A stretch of 64,000 nt of DNA from Eledone cirrhosa (Eukaryota). The position numbers and the translations under genes were made by a program. Of the stretch, positions 13,084 through 29,104 are shown piece after piece (the stretch's first letter is position 1; each line of letters starts with the position of its first letter). The stretch covers positions 109,988,001 to 110,052,000 of the forward strand of contig OZ024744.1 of NCBI GenBank assembly GCA_964016885.1, read 5' to 3'. Under the pieces are notes generated by a model that was given only the letters and a program-made list of their open reading frames with translations, ran no database searches and had not been told where the DNA came from.

Positions 13084-16000
13084 AAGTATATACGATCAAC
13101 AATCTGGCAGGAAGGTATACGTTGCTGACGATAGCTAATAAGCTTGAAACTAGTACAGCGTTCCTTTGTCAGCGTTGAACAAACGAGCAATGATGTTCGG
13201 TAGACACTACGGCTTAATACGGGATGTTTGTTTACAAACACACCGAGTATTATAATAAATGTTCGGTGAATCCATACGTACATATATATATGTGTGCATG
13301 TATGTATATATATATACATACTACTGTACGTCTGTATACATATGTTTATGTACGTGTACATACTTATATTTAAGTAACAGCCGTACTAAGAGTGGGAAAT
13401 GAAATTTCGTTTCATTTTTTCCGTTTATCGTTTTCGGTGCACCCGGCCGATTAACCGACTGTATATGCAAATTGAGCTACTCTGCCGTTAATATGCCTGA
13501 GTTAAGTATATACGTTCAACAATCTGGCAGGAAGGTATACGTTGCTGACGATAGCTAATAAGCTTGAAACTAGTACAGCGTTCCTTTGTCAGCGTTGAAC
13601 AAACGAGCAACGATGTTTAGTAGACACTACGGCTTAATACGGGATGTTTGTTTACAAACACACCGATCATTATAATAAATGTTCGGTGAATACATACGTA
13701 CATATATATATGTGTGCATGTATGTATATATATATATATAGATACTACTGTACGTCTGTATACATATGTGTATGTACGTGTACATACTTATATTTAAGTA
13801 ACAGCCGTACTAAGAGAGTGAAATGAAATTTCGTTTCATTTTTTCCGTTTATCGTTTTCGGTGCACCCGGCCGATTAACCCACTCGATGTCCAAATTACG
13901 CTACTAAGCCGTTAATATGCATAAGATAAGTATATACGTTCAACAATCTGGCAGGAAGGTATACGTTGCTGACGATAGCTAATAAGCTTGATACTAGTAC
14001 AGCGTTCCTTTGTCAGTGTTGAACAAACGAGCAACGATGGTTGCTAGACACTACGGCTTAATACGGGATGTTTGTTTACAAACACACCGATCATTATAAT
14101 AAATGTTCGGTGAATCCATACGTACATATATATATGTGTGCATGTATGTATATATATATACATACTACTGTACGTCTGTATACATATATGTATGTACGTG
14201 TACATACTTAAATTTCAGTAACAGCCGTACTAAGGGTGGGAAATGAAATTTCGTTTCATTTTTTTCCGTTTATCGTTTTCGGTGCACCCGGCCGATTAAC
14301 CGACTCTATATACAAATTGAGCTACACTGCCGTTAATATGCCTAAGTTAAGTATATACGTTCAACAATCTGGCAGGAAGGTATACGTTGCTGACGATAGC
14401 TAATAAGCTTGAAACTAGTACAGCGTTCCTTTGTTAGTGTTGAACAAACGAGAAACGATGGTTGGTAGACACTACGGCTTAATACGGGATGTTTGTTTAC
14501 AAACACACCGATCATTATAATAAATGTACCGTGAATACATACGTACATATATATGTGTGCATGTATGTATATATATATATACATACTACTGTACGTCTAT
14601 ATACATATATGTATGTACGTGTATATACTTATATTTAAGTAACAGCCGTACTAAGTGTGTGAAATGAAATTTCGTTTCATTTTTTCCGTTTACCATTTGC
14701 GGTGCAGCCGGGCGAGTAACCCACTCGATATCCAAATTGGGCTACTCAGCCGTTAATATGCATGAGGTAAGTATATACGTTCAACAATCTGGCAGGAAGG
14801 TATACGCTGCTGACGATAGCTAATAAGCTTTAAACTAGTACAGCGTTACTTTGTCAGTGTTGAACAAACGAGCAACGATGGTTGCGAGACAATACTGCTT
14901 AATACGGGATGTTAGTTTACAAACACACCGAGCATTATAATAAATGTTCGGTGAATCCATACGTACATATATATATATATGTGTGTATATATGTATATAT
15001 ATTCATACTACTGTGCGTCTGTATACATATATGTATGTACGTGTACATACGAATATTTAAGTTACAGCCGTACTAAGAGTGGGAAATGTAATTTCGTTTC
15101 ATTTTTTCCTTATATCGTTTTCGGTGCACCCGGCCGATTAACCGACTCTATATGCAAATTGAGCTACTCTGCCGTTATTATGCCTAAGTTAAGTATATAC
15201 GTTCAACAATCTGGCAGGAAGGTATACGTTGCTGACGATAGCTAATAAGCTTGAAACTAGTACAGCGTTCCTTTGTCAGTGTTGAACAAATGAGCAACGA
15301 TGTTTGCTAGACACTACGGCTTAATACGGGATGTTTGTTTACAAACACACCGATCATTATAATAAATGTTCGGTGAATCCATACGTACATATATATATGT
15401 GTGCATGTATGTATATATATATATACATACTACTGTACGTCTGTATACATATATGTATGTACGTGTACATACGAATATTTAAGTTACAGCCGTACTAAGA
15501 GTGGGAAATGTAATTTCGTTTCATTTTTTCCTTATATCGTTTTCGGTGCACCCGGCCGATTAACCGACTCTATATGCAAATTGAGCTACTCTGCCGTTAT
15601 TATGCCTAAGTTAAGTATATACGTTCAACAATCTGGCAGGAAGGTATACGTTGCTGACGACAGCTAATAAGTTTGAAACTAGTACAGCGTTCCTTTGTCA
15701 GCGTTGTACAAACGAACAACGATGGTTGGTAGACACAACGGTTTAATACGGGATGTTTGTTTACAAACACACCGAGCATTATAATAAATGTTCGGTGAAT
15801 CCATACGTACATATATATATATATATGTGTGCATGTATGTATATATATATACATACCACTGTACGTCTGTATACATATATGTATGTACGTGTACATACTT
15901 ATATTTAAGTAACAGCCGTACTAAGAGTTGGAAATGAAATTTCGTTTCATTTTTCCGTTTATCGTTTTCGGTGCACCCGGCCGATTAACCGACTCTATAT

Positions 16001-19000
16001 AGCAAATTGAGCTACTCTGCCGTTAATATGCCTAAGTTAAGTATATACGTTCAACAATCTGCCAGGAAGGTATACGTTGCTGACGATAGCTAATAAGCTT
16101 GAAACTAGTACAGCGTTCCTTTGTCAGTGTTGAACAAACGAGCAACGATGGTTGGTAGACACTACGGCTTAATACGGGATGTTTGTTTACAAACACCGAT
16201 CATTATAATAAATGTTCGGTGAATCCATACATACATATATATATGTGTGCATGTATGTATATATATATACATACTACTGTACGTCTGTATACATATATGT
16301 ATGTCCGTGTACATACTTATATTTAAGTAACAGCCGTACTAAGAGTGGGAAATGAAATTTCGTTTCATTTTTTCCGTTTATCGTTTTCGGTGCCCCCCGA
16401 CGATTAACCCACTCGATGTCCAAATTACGCTACTCAGCCGTTAATATGCATAAGGTAAGTATATACGTTCAACAATCTGGCAGGAAGGTATACGTTGCTG
16501 ACGACAGCTAATAATCTTGAAACTATTACACTGTTCCTTTGTCAGCGTTGAACAAACGAGCAACGATGGTTGGTAGACACTACGGCTTAATACGGGATGT
16601 TTGTTTACAAACACACCGATCATTATAATAAATGTTCGGTGAATCCATACGTACATATATATATATGTGTGCATGTATGTATATATATATTTACATACTA
16701 CTGTACGTCTGTATACATATGTGTATGTACGTGTACATACATATATTTAAGTAACAGCCGTACTAAGAGTGTGAAATGAAATTTCGTTTCATTTTTTCCG
16801 TTTACCATTTGCGGTGCAGCCGGGCGAGTAACCCACTCGATATCCAAATTGGGCTACTCAGCCGTTAATATGCATAAGGTAAGTATATACGTTCAACAAT
16901 CTGGCAGGAAGGTATACGCTGCTGACGATAGCTAATAAGCTTGAAACTAGTACAGCGTTCCTTTGTCAGTGTTGAACAAACGAGCAACGATGATTGGTAG
17001 ACACTACGGCTTAATACGGGATGTTTGTTTATAAACACACCGATCATTATAATAAATGTACCGTGAATACATACGTACATATATATGTGTGCATGTATGT
17101 ATATATATATATACATACTACTGTACGTCTATATACATATATGTATGTACGTGTACATACTTATATTTAAGTAACAGCCGTACTAAGAGTGTGAAATGAA
17201 ATTTCGTTTCATTTTTTCCGTTTACCATTTGCGGTGCAGCCGGGCGAGTAACCCACTCGATATCCAAATTGGGCTACTCAGCCGTTAATATGCATAAGGT
17301 AAGTATATACGTTCAACAATCTGGCAGGAAGGTATACGCTGCTGACGATAGCTAATAAGCTTTAAACTAGTACAGCGTTACTTTGTCAGTGTTGAACAAA
17401 CGAGCAACGATGGTTGCGAGACAATACGGCTTAATACGGGATGTTAGTTTACAAACACACCGAGCATTATAATAAATGTTCGGTGAATCCATACGTACAT
17501 ATATATATATATATGTGTGTATATATGTATATATATATATACATACTACTGTGCGTCTGTATACATATATATATGTACGTGTACATACGAATATTTAAGT
17601 AACAGCCGTACTAAGAGTGGGAAATGAAATTTCGTTTCATTTTTTCAGTCTATCGTTTTCGGTGCACCCGGCCGATTAAGCCACTCGATATGCAAATTGA
17701 GCTACTCTGCCGTTATTATGCCTAAGTTAAGTATATTACTTCAACAATCTGCCAGGAAGGTATACGTTGCTGACGATAGCTAATAAGCTTGAAACTAGTA
17801 CAGCGTTCCTTTGTCAGTGTTGAACAAACGAGCAACGATGGTTGCTAGACACTACGGCTTAATACGGGATGTTTGTTTACAAACACACCGATCATTATAA
17901 TAAATGTTCGGTGAATCCATACGTACATATATATATGTGTGCATGTATGTATATATATATACATACTACTGTACGTCTGTATACATATATGTATGTACGT
18001 GTACATACGAATATTTAAGTAACAGCCTTACTAAAAGTGTGAAATGAAATTTCGTTTCATTTTTCCGTTTATCGTTTTCGGTGCACCCGGCCGATTAACC
18101 GACTCTATATACAAATTGAGCTACTCTGCCGTTAATATGCCTAAGTTAAGTATATACGTTCAACAATCTGGCAGGAATGTATACGTTGATGACGATAGCT
18201 AATAAGCTTGAAACTAGTACAGCGTTCCTTTGTCAGCGTTGAACAAACGAGCAACGATGGTTGCTAGACACTACGGCTTAATACGGGATGTTTGTTTACA
18301 AACACACCGATCATTATAATAAATGTACCGTGAATACATACGTACATATATATGTGTGCATGTATGTATATATATATATATATATACATACTACTGTACG
18401 TCTATATACATATATGTATGTACGTGTACATACGAATATTTAAGTAACACCCGTACTAAGAGTGGGAATGAAATTTCGTTTCATTTTTTCCGTTTATCGT
18501 TTTCGGTGCACCCGGCCGATTAACCCACTCGATATGCAAATTGAGCTACTCAGCCGTTAATATGCATAAGTTAATTATATACGTTCAACATTCTGGCAGG
18601 AAGGTATACGATGCCGACGACAGCTAATAATCTTGAAACTAGTACAGCGTTCCATTGTCAGTGTTGAACAAACGGGCAACGATGGTTGCTAGACACTACG
18701 GCTTAATACAGGATGTTTGTTTACAAACACACCGAGCATTATAATAAATGTTCGGTGAATCCATACGTACACATATATATGTGTGCATGTTTGTATATAT
18801 ATATATACATACTACTGTACGTCTGTATACATATATGTATGTACGTGTACATACTTATATTTAAGTAACAGCCTTACTAAGAACGTGAAATGAAATTTCG
18901 ATTCATTTTTTCCATTTATCGTTTTCGGTGTACCCGACCGATTAACCCACTCGATGTCCAAATTACGCTGCTCAGCCGTTAATATACATAAGGTAAGTAT

Positions 19001-22000
19001 ATACGTTCAACAATCTGGCAGGAAGGTATACGTTGCTGACGACAGCTAATAAGCTTGAAACTAGTACAGCGTTCCTTTGTCAGCGTTGAACAAACGAGCA
19101 ACGATGTTTAGTAGACACTACGGCTTAATACGGGATGTTTGTTTACAAACACACCGATCATTATAATAAATGTTCGGTGAATACATACGTACATATATAT
19201 ATGTGTGCATGTATGTATATATATATATATAGATACTACTGTACGTCTGTATACATATGTGTATGTACGTGTACATACTTATATTTAAGTAACAGCCGTA
19301 CTAAGAGAGTGAAATGAAATTTCGTTTCATTTTTTCCGTTTATCGTTTTCGGTGCACCCGGCCGATTAACCCACTCGATGTCCAAATTACGCTACTAAGC
19401 CGTTAATATGCATAAGATAAGTATATACGATCAACAATCTGGCAGGAAGGTATACGTTGCTGACGATAGCTAATAAGCTTGAAACTAGTACAGCGTTCCT
19501 TTGTCAGCGTTGAACAAACGAGCAATGATGTTCGGTAGACACTACGGCTTAATACGGGATGTTTGTTTACAAACACACCGAGTATTATAATAAATGTTCG
19601 GTGAATCCATACGTACATATATATATGTGTGCATGTATGTATATATATATACATACTACTGTACGTCTGTATACATATGTTTATGTACGTGTACATACTT
19701 ATATTTAAGTAACAGCCGTACTAAGAGTGGGAAATGAAATTTCGTTTCATTTTTTCCGTTTATCGTTTTCGGTGCACCCGGCCGATTAACCGACTGTATA
19801 TGCAAATTGAGCTACTCTGCCGTTAATATGCCTGAGTTAAGTATATACGTTCAACAATCTGGCAGGAAGGTATACGTTGCTGACGATAGCTAATAAGCTT
19901 GAAACTAGTACAGCGTTCCTTTGTCAGCGTTGAACAAACGAGCAACGATGTTTAGTAGACACTACGGCTTAATACGGGATGTTTGTTTACAAACACACCG
20001 ATCATTATAATAAATGTTCGGTGAATACATACGTACATATATATATGTGTGCATGTATGTATATATATATATATAGATACTACTGTACGTCTGTATACAT
20101 ATGTGTATGTACGTGTACATACTTATATTTAAGTAACAGCCGTACTAAGAGAGTGAAATGAAATTTCGTTTCATTTTTTCCGTTTATCGTTTTCGGTGCA
20201 CCCGGCCGATTAACCCACTCGATGTCCAAATTACGCTACTAAGCCGTTAATATGCATAAGATAAGTATATACGTTCAACAATCTGGCAGGAAGGTATACG
20301 TTGCTGACGATAGCTAATAAGCTTGATACTAGTACAGCGTTCCTTTGTCAGTGTTGAACAAACGAGCAACGATGGTTGCTAGACACTACGGCTTAATACG
20401 GGATGTTTGTTTACAAACACACCGATCATTATAATAAATGTTCGGTGAATCCATACGTACATATATATATGTGTGCATGTATGTATATATATATACATAC
20501 TACTGTACGTCTGTATACATATATGTATGTACGTGTACATACTTAAATTTCAGTAACAGCCGTACTAAGGGTGGGAAATGAAATTTCGTTTCATTTTTTT
20601 CCGTTTATCGTTTTCGGTGCACCCGGCCGATTAACCGACTCTATATACAAATTGAGCTACTCTGCCGTTAATATGCCTAAGTTAAGTATATACGTTCAAC
20701 AATCTGGCAGGAAGGTATACGTTGCTGACGATAGCTAATAAGCTTGAAACTAGTACAGCGTTCCTTTGTTAGTGTTGAACAAACGAGAAACGATGGTTGG
20801 TAGACACTACGGCTTAATACGGGATGTTTGTTTACAAACACACCGATCATTATAATAAATGTACCGTGAATACATACGTACATATATATGTGTGCATGTA
20901 TGTATATATATATATACATACTACTGTACGTCTATATACATATATGTATGTACGTGTATATACTTATATTTAAGTAACAGCCGTACTAAGTGTGTGAAAT
21001 GAAATTTCGTTTCATTTTTTCCGTTTACCATTTGCGGTGCAGCCGGGCGAGTAACCCACTCGATATCCAAATTGGGCTACTCAGCCGTTAATATGCATGA
21101 GGTAAGTATATACGTTCAACAATCTGGCAGGAAGGTATACGCTGCTGACGATAGCTAATAAGCTTTAAACTAGTACAGCGTTACTTTGTCAGTGTTGAAC
21201 AAACGAGCAACGATGGTTGCGAGACAATACTGCTTAATACGGGATGTTAGTTTACAAACACACCGAGCATTATAATAAATGTTCGGTGAATCCATACGTA
21301 CATATATATATATATGTGTGTATATATGTATATATATTCATACTACTGTGCGTCTGTATACATATATGTATGTACGTGTACATACGAATATTTAAGTTAC
21401 AGCCGTACTAAGAGTGGGAAATGTAATTTCGTTTCATTTTTTCCTTATATCGTTTTCGGTGCACCCGGCCGATTAACCGACTCTATATGCAAATTGAGCT
21501 ACTCTGCCGTTATTATGCCTAAGTTAAGTATATACGTTCAACAATCTGGCAGGAAGGTATACGTTGCTGACGATAGCTAATAAGCTTGAAACTAGTACAG
21601 CGTTCCTTTGTCAGTGTTGAACAAATGAGCAACGATGTTTGCTAGACACTACGGCTTAATACGGGATGTTTGTTTACAAACACACCGATCATTATAATAA
21701 ATGTTCGGTGAATCCATACGTACATATATATATGTGTGCATGTATGTATATATATATATACATACTACTGTACGTCTGTATACATATATGTATGTACGTG
21801 TACATACGAATATTTAAGTTACAGCCGTACTAAGAGTGGGAAATGTAATTTCGTTTCATTTTTTCCTTATATCGTTTTCGGTGCACCCGGCCGATTAACC
21901 GACTCTATATGCAAATTGAGCTACTCTGCCGTTATTATGCCTAAGTTAAGTATATACGTTCAACAATCTGGCAGGAAGGTATACGTTGCTGACGACAGCT

Positions 22001-25000
22001 AATAAGTTTGAAACTAGTACAGCGTTCCTTTGTCAGCGTTGTACAAACGAACAACGATGGTTGGTAGACACAACGGTTTAATACGGGATGTTTGTTTACA
22101 AACACACCGAGCATTATAATAAATGTTCGGTGAATCCATACGTACATATATATATATATATGTGTGCATGTATGTATATATATATACATACCACTGTACG
22201 TCTGTATACATATATGTATGTACGTGTACATACTTATATTTAAGTAACAGCCGTACTAAGAGTTGGAAATGAAATTTCGTTTCATTTTTCCGTTTATCGT
22301 TTTCGGTGCACCCGGCCGATTAACCGACTCTATATAGCAAATTGAGCTACTCTGCCGTTAATATGCCTAAGTTAAGTATATACGTTCAACAATCTGCCAG
22401 GAAGGTATACGTTGCTGACGATAGCTAATAAGCTTGAAACTAGTACAGCGTTCCTTTGTCAGTGTTGAACAAACGAGCAACGATGGTTGGTAGACACTAC
22501 GGCTTAATACGGGATGTTTGTTTACAAACACCGATCATTATAATAAATGTTCGGTGAATCCATACATACATATATATATGTGTGCATGTATGTATATATA
22601 TATACATACTACTGTACGTCTGTATACATATATGTATGTCCGTGTACATACTTATATTTAAGTAACAGCCGTACTAAGAGTGGGAAATGAAATTTCGTTT
22701 CATTTTTTCCGTTTATCGTTTTCGGTGCCCCCCGACGATTAACCCACTCGATGTCCAAATTACGCTACTCAGCCGTTAATATGCATAAGGTAAGTATATA
22801 CGTTCAACAATCTGGCAGGAAGGTATACGTTGCTGACGACAGCTAATAATCTTGAAACTATTACACTGTTCCTTTGTCAGCGTTGAACAAACGAGCAACG
22901 ATGGTTGGTAGACACTACGGCTTAATACGGGATGTTTGTTTACAAACACACCGATCATTATAATAAATGTTCGGTGAATCCATACGTACATATATATATA
23001 TGTGTGCATGTATGTATATATATATTTACATACTACTGTACGTCTGTATACATATGTGTATGTACGTGTACATACATATATTTAAGTAACAGCCGTACTA
23101 AGAGTGTGAAATGAAATTTCGTTTCATTTTTTCCGTTTACCATTTGCGGTGCAGCCGGGCGAGTAACCCACTCGATATCCAAATTGGGCTACTCAGCCGT
23201 TAATATGCATAAGGTAAGTATATACGTTCAACAATCTGGCAGGAAGGTATACGCTGCTGACGATAGCTAATAAGCTTGAAACTAGTACAGCGTTCCTTTG
23301 TCAGTGTTGAACAAACGAGCAACGATGATTGGTAGACACTACGGCTTAATACGGGATGTTTGTTTATAAACACACCGATCATTATAATAAATGTACCGTG
23401 AATACATACGTACATATATATGTGTGCATGTATGTATATATATATATACATACTACTGTACGTCTATATACATATATGTATGTACGTGTACATACTTATA
23501 TTTAAGTAACAGCCGTACTAAGAGTGTGAAATGAAATTTCGTTTCATTTTTTCCGTTTACCATTTGCGGTGCAGCCGGGCGAGTAACCCACTCGATATCC
23601 AAATTGGGCTACTCAGCCGTTAATATGCATAAGGTAAGTATATACGTTCAACAATCTGGCAGGAAGGTATACGCTGCTGACGATAGCTAATAAGCTTTAA
23701 ACTAGTACAGCGTTACTTTGTCAGTGTTGAACAAACGAGCAACGATGGTTGCGAGACAATACGGCTTAATACGGGATGTTAGTTTACAAACACACCGAGC
23801 ATTATAATAAATGTTCGGTGAATCCATACGTACATATATATATATATATGTGTGTATATATGTATATATATATATACATACTACTGTGCGTCTGTATACA
23901 TATATATATGTACGTGTACATACGAATATTTAAGTAACAGCCGTACTAAGAGTGGGAAATGAAATTTCGTTTCATTTTTTCAGTCTATCGTTTTCGGTGC
24001 ACCCGGCCGATTAAGCCACTCGATATGCAAATTGAGCTACTCTGCCGTTATTATGCCTAAGTTAAGTATATTACTTCAACAATCTGCCAGGAAGGTATAC
24101 GTTGCTGACGATAGCTAATAAGCTTGAAACTAGTACAGCGTTCCTTTGTCAGTGTTGAACAAACGAGCAACGATGTTTGCTAGACACTACGGCTTAATAC
24201 GGGATGTTTGTTTACAAACACACCGATCATTATAATAAATATTCAGTGAATCCATACGTACATATATATATGTGTGCATGTATGTATATATATATACATA
24301 CTACTGTACGTTTGTATACATATATGTATGTACGTGTACATACGAATATTTAATTTACAGCCGTACTAAGAGTGGGAAATGAAATTTCGTTTCATTTTTT
24401 CCTTTTATCGTTTTCGGTGCACCCGGCCGATTAACACAATCGATATGCAAATTGGGCTACTCAGCCGTTAATATGCATAAGTTAATTATATACGTTCAAC
24501 ATTCTGGCAGGAAGGTATACGATGCCGACGACAGCGAATAATCTTGAAACTAGTACAGCGTTCCATTGTCAGTGTTGAACAAATGAGCAACGATGGTTGC
24601 TAGACACTACGGCTTAATACAGGATGTTTGTTTACAAACACACCGAGCATTATAATAAATGTTCGGTGAATCCATACGTACATATATATATGTGTGCATG
24701 TATGTATATATATATACATACTACTGTACGTCTGTATACATATATGTATGTACGTGTACATACGAATATTTAAGTAACAGCCTTACTAAAAGTGTGAAAT
24801 GAAATTTCGTTTCATTTTTCCGTTTATCGTTTTCGGTGCACCCGGCCGATTAACCGACTCTATATACAAATTGAGCTACTCTGCCGTTAATATGCCTAAG
24901 TTAAGTATATACGTTCAACAATCTGGCAGGAATGTATACGTTGATGACGATAGCTAATAAGCTTGAAACTAGTACAGCGTTCCTTTGTCAGCGTTGAACA

Positions 25001-25815
25001 AACGAGCAACGATGGTTGCTAGACACTACGGCTTAATACGGGATGTTTGTTTACAAACACACCGATCATTATAATAAATGTACCGTGAATACATACGTAC
25101 ATATATATGTGTGCATGTATGTATATATATATATATATATACATACTACTGTACGTCTATATACATATATGTATGTACGTGTACATACGAATATTTAAGT
25201 AACACCCGTACTAAGAGTGGGAATGAAATTTCGTTTCATTTTTTCCGTTTATCGTTTTCGGTGCACCCGGCCGATTAACCCACTCGATATGCAAATTGAG
25301 CTACTCAGCCGTTAATATGCATAAGTTAATTATATACGTTCAACATTCTGGCAGGAAGGTATACGATGCCGACGACAGCTAATAATCTTGAAACTAGTAC
25401 AGCGTTCCATTGTCAGTGTTGAACAAACGGGCAACGATGGTTGCTAGACACTACGGCTTAATACAGGATGTTTGTTTACAAACACACCGAGCATTATAAT
25501 AAATGTTCGGTGAATCCATACGTACACATATATATGTGTGCATGTTTGTATATATATATATACATACTACTGTACGTCTGTATACATATATGTATGTACG
25601 TGTACATACTTATATTTAAGTAACAGCCTTACTAAGAACGTGAAATGAAATTTCGATTCATTTTTTCCATTTATCGTTTTCGGTGTACCCGACCGATTAA
25701 CCCACTCGATGTCCAAATTACGCTGCTCAGCCGTTAATATACATAAGGTAAGTATATACGTTCAACAATCTGGCAGGAAGGTATACGTTGCTGACGACAG
25801 CTAATAAGCTTGAAA
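13084..25815 (+). repeat. Near-identical tandem duplication of a ~15-monomer block (period 6335 bp, then 6755 bp)
   Basis: Identical ORF translations at a constant offset of 6335 (13644/19979, 14342/20677, 14979/21314, 16865/23200), shifting to 6755 (18323/25078). Confidence 0.93.
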
Positions 25816-28800
25816 ATAGTACAGCGTTCCTTTGTCAGCGTTGAAGAAACGAGCAACGATGGTTGCTAGACACTACGGCTTAATACGGGATGTTTGTTTA
25901 CAAACACACCGATCATTATAATAAATGTTCGGTGAATACATACGTACATATATATATGTGTGCATGTATGTATATATATATATACATACTACTGTACGCC
26001 TGTATACATATATGTATGTTCGTGTACATACTTATATTTAAGTAACAGCCTTACTAAAAGTGTGAAATGAAATTTCGTTTCATTTTTCCGTTTATCGTTT
26101 TCGGTGCACCCGGCCGATTAACTCACTTGATATCCAAATTACGCTACTCAGCCGTTAATATGCATCAGGTAAGTATATACGTTCAACAATCTGGCAGGAA
26201 GGTATACGTTGCTGACGATAGCTAATAAGCTTCAAACTAGTACAGCGTTCCTTTGTCAGTGTTGAACAAACGAGAAACGATGGTTGGTAGACACTACGGC
26301 TTAATACGGGATGTTTGTTTACAAACACACCGAGCATTATAATAAATGTTCGGTGAATACATACGTACATATATATATATGTGCATGTATGTATAAATAT
26401 ATACATACTACTGTACGTCTGTATACATATATGTATGTAGGTGTACATACTTATATTTAAGTTACAGCCGTACTAAGAGTGGGAAATGAAATTTCGTTTC
26501 ATTTTTCCCTTTTATCGTTTTCGGTGCACCCGGCCGATTAACCGACTCTATATGCAAATTGAGCTACTCTGCCGTTAATATGCCTAAGTTAAGTATATAC
26601 GTTCAACAATCTGGCAGGAAGGTATACGTTGCTGACGATAGCTAATAAGCTTGAAACTAGTACAGCGTTCCTTTGTCAGTGTTGAACAAACGAGCAACGA
26701 TGGTTGGTTGACGCTACGGCTCAGTACGGGATGTTTGTTTACAAACACACCGAGCATTATAATAAATGTTCGGTGAATCCATACGTACATATATATATAT
26801 GTGTGCATGTATGTATATATACATACTACTGTAGTCTGTATACATATATGTATGTAGGTGTACATACATATATTTAAGTAACAGCCGTACTAAGAGTGGG
26901 AATGAAATTTCGTTTCATTTTTTCCGTTTATCCTTATCGGTGTACCCGGCCGATTAACCCACTCGATATGCAAATTGAGCTACTCAGCCATTAATAGGCA
27001 TAAGGTAAGTATATACGTTCAACAATCTGGCAGGAAGGTATACGTTGCTGACGATAGCTAATAAGCTTGAAACTAGTACAGCGTTCCTTTGTCAGTGTTG
27101 AACAAACGAGCAACGATGGTTGGTAGACACTACGGCTTAATACGGGATGTTTGTTTACAAACACAGCGAGCATTAAAATAAATGTTCGGTGAATACATAC
27201 GTACATATATATATGTGTGCATGTATGTATAAATATATACATACTACTGTACGTCTGTATACATATATGAATGTAGGTGTACATACATATATTTAAGTTA
27301 CAGCCTTACTAAGAGTGGGAAATGAAATTTCGTTTCATTTTTTCCTTTTATCGTTTTCGGTGCACCCGGCCGATTAACCCACTCGATATGCAAATTGAAC
27401 TACTCAGCCGTTAATATGCATGAGGTAAGTATATACGTTCAACAATCTGGCAGGAAGGTATACGCTGCTGACGATAGCTAATAAGCTTGAAACTAGTACA
27501 ACGTTCCTTTGTCAGTGTTGAACAAACGAGCAACGATGGTTGCTAGACACTACGGCTTAATACGGGATGTTTGTTTACAAACACACCGAGCATTATAATA
27601 AATTTTCGGTGAATCCATACGTACATATATATGTGTGTGCATGTATGTATAAATATATACATACTATTGTACGTCTGTATACATATATGTATGTACGTGT
27701 ACATACTTATATTTAAGTAACAGCCATACTAAGAACGTGAAATTAAATTTCGATTCATTTTTTCCGTTTATCGTTTACGGTGCACCCGGCCGATTAACCC
27801 ACTCGATGTCCAAATTACGCTGCTCAGCCGTTAATATGCATAAGGTAAGTATATACGTTCAACAATCTGGCAGGAAGGTATACGTTGCTGAGGATAGCTA
27901 ATTAGCTTGAAACTAGTACAGCGTTCCTTTGTCAGTGTTGAACAAACGAGCAACGATGGTTGGTAGACACTACGGCTTAATACGGGATGTTTGTTTACAA
28001 ACACACCGAGCATTATAATAAATGTTCGGTGAATACATACGTACATATATATATGTGTGCATGTATGTATAAATATATACATACTACTGTACGACTGTAT
28101 ACATATATGTATGTAGGTGTACATACTTATATTTAAGTTAAACCCGTACGAAGAGTGGGAAATGAAATTTCGTTTCATTTTTTCCTTTTATCGTTTTCGG
28201 TGCACCCGGCCGATTAACCGACTCTGTATGCAAATTGAGCTACTCTGCCGTTATATGCCTAAGTTAAGTATATACGTTCAACAATCTGCCAGGAGGGTAT
28301 ACGTTGCTGACGATAGCTAATAAGCTTGAAACTAGTACAGCGTTCCTTTGTCAGAGTTGAACAAACGAGCACCGATGGTTGGTAGACACTACGGCTTAAT
28401 ACGGGATGTTTGTTTACAAACACACCGTTCATTATAATAAATGTTCGGTGATTCCATACGTACATATATATATGTGTGCATGTATGTATAAATATATATA
28501 TACTACTGTACGTCTGTATACATATATGTATGTAGGTGTACATACTTATATTTAAGTAACAGCAGTACTAAGAGTGGCAATGAAATTTCGTTTCATTTTT
28601 TCCGTTTATCCTTATCGGTGTACCCGGCCGATTAACCCACTCGATATGCAAATTGAGCTACTCAGCCATTAATATGTATAAGGTAAGTATATACGTTCAA
28701 CAATCTGGCATGAAGGTATACGTTGCTGACGATAGCTAATAAGCTTGAAACTAGTACAGCGTTCCTTTGTCAGTGTTGAACAAACGAGCAACGATGGTTG

Positions 28801-29104
28801 CTAGACACTACGGCTTAATACGGGATGTTTGTTTACAAACACACCGATCATTATAATAAATGTTCGGTGAATCCATACGTACATATATATATATGTGTGC
28901 ATGTATGTATATATATATACATACTACTGTACGTCTGTATACATATATGTATGTACGTGTACATACTTATATTTAAGTAACAGCCGTACTAAGAGTGGGA
29001 ATGAAATTTCGTTTCATTTTTTCCGTTCATCCTTTTCGGTGTACCCGGCCGATTAATCCACTCGATATGCAAATTGAGCTACTCAGCCATTAATATGCAT
29101 AAGG

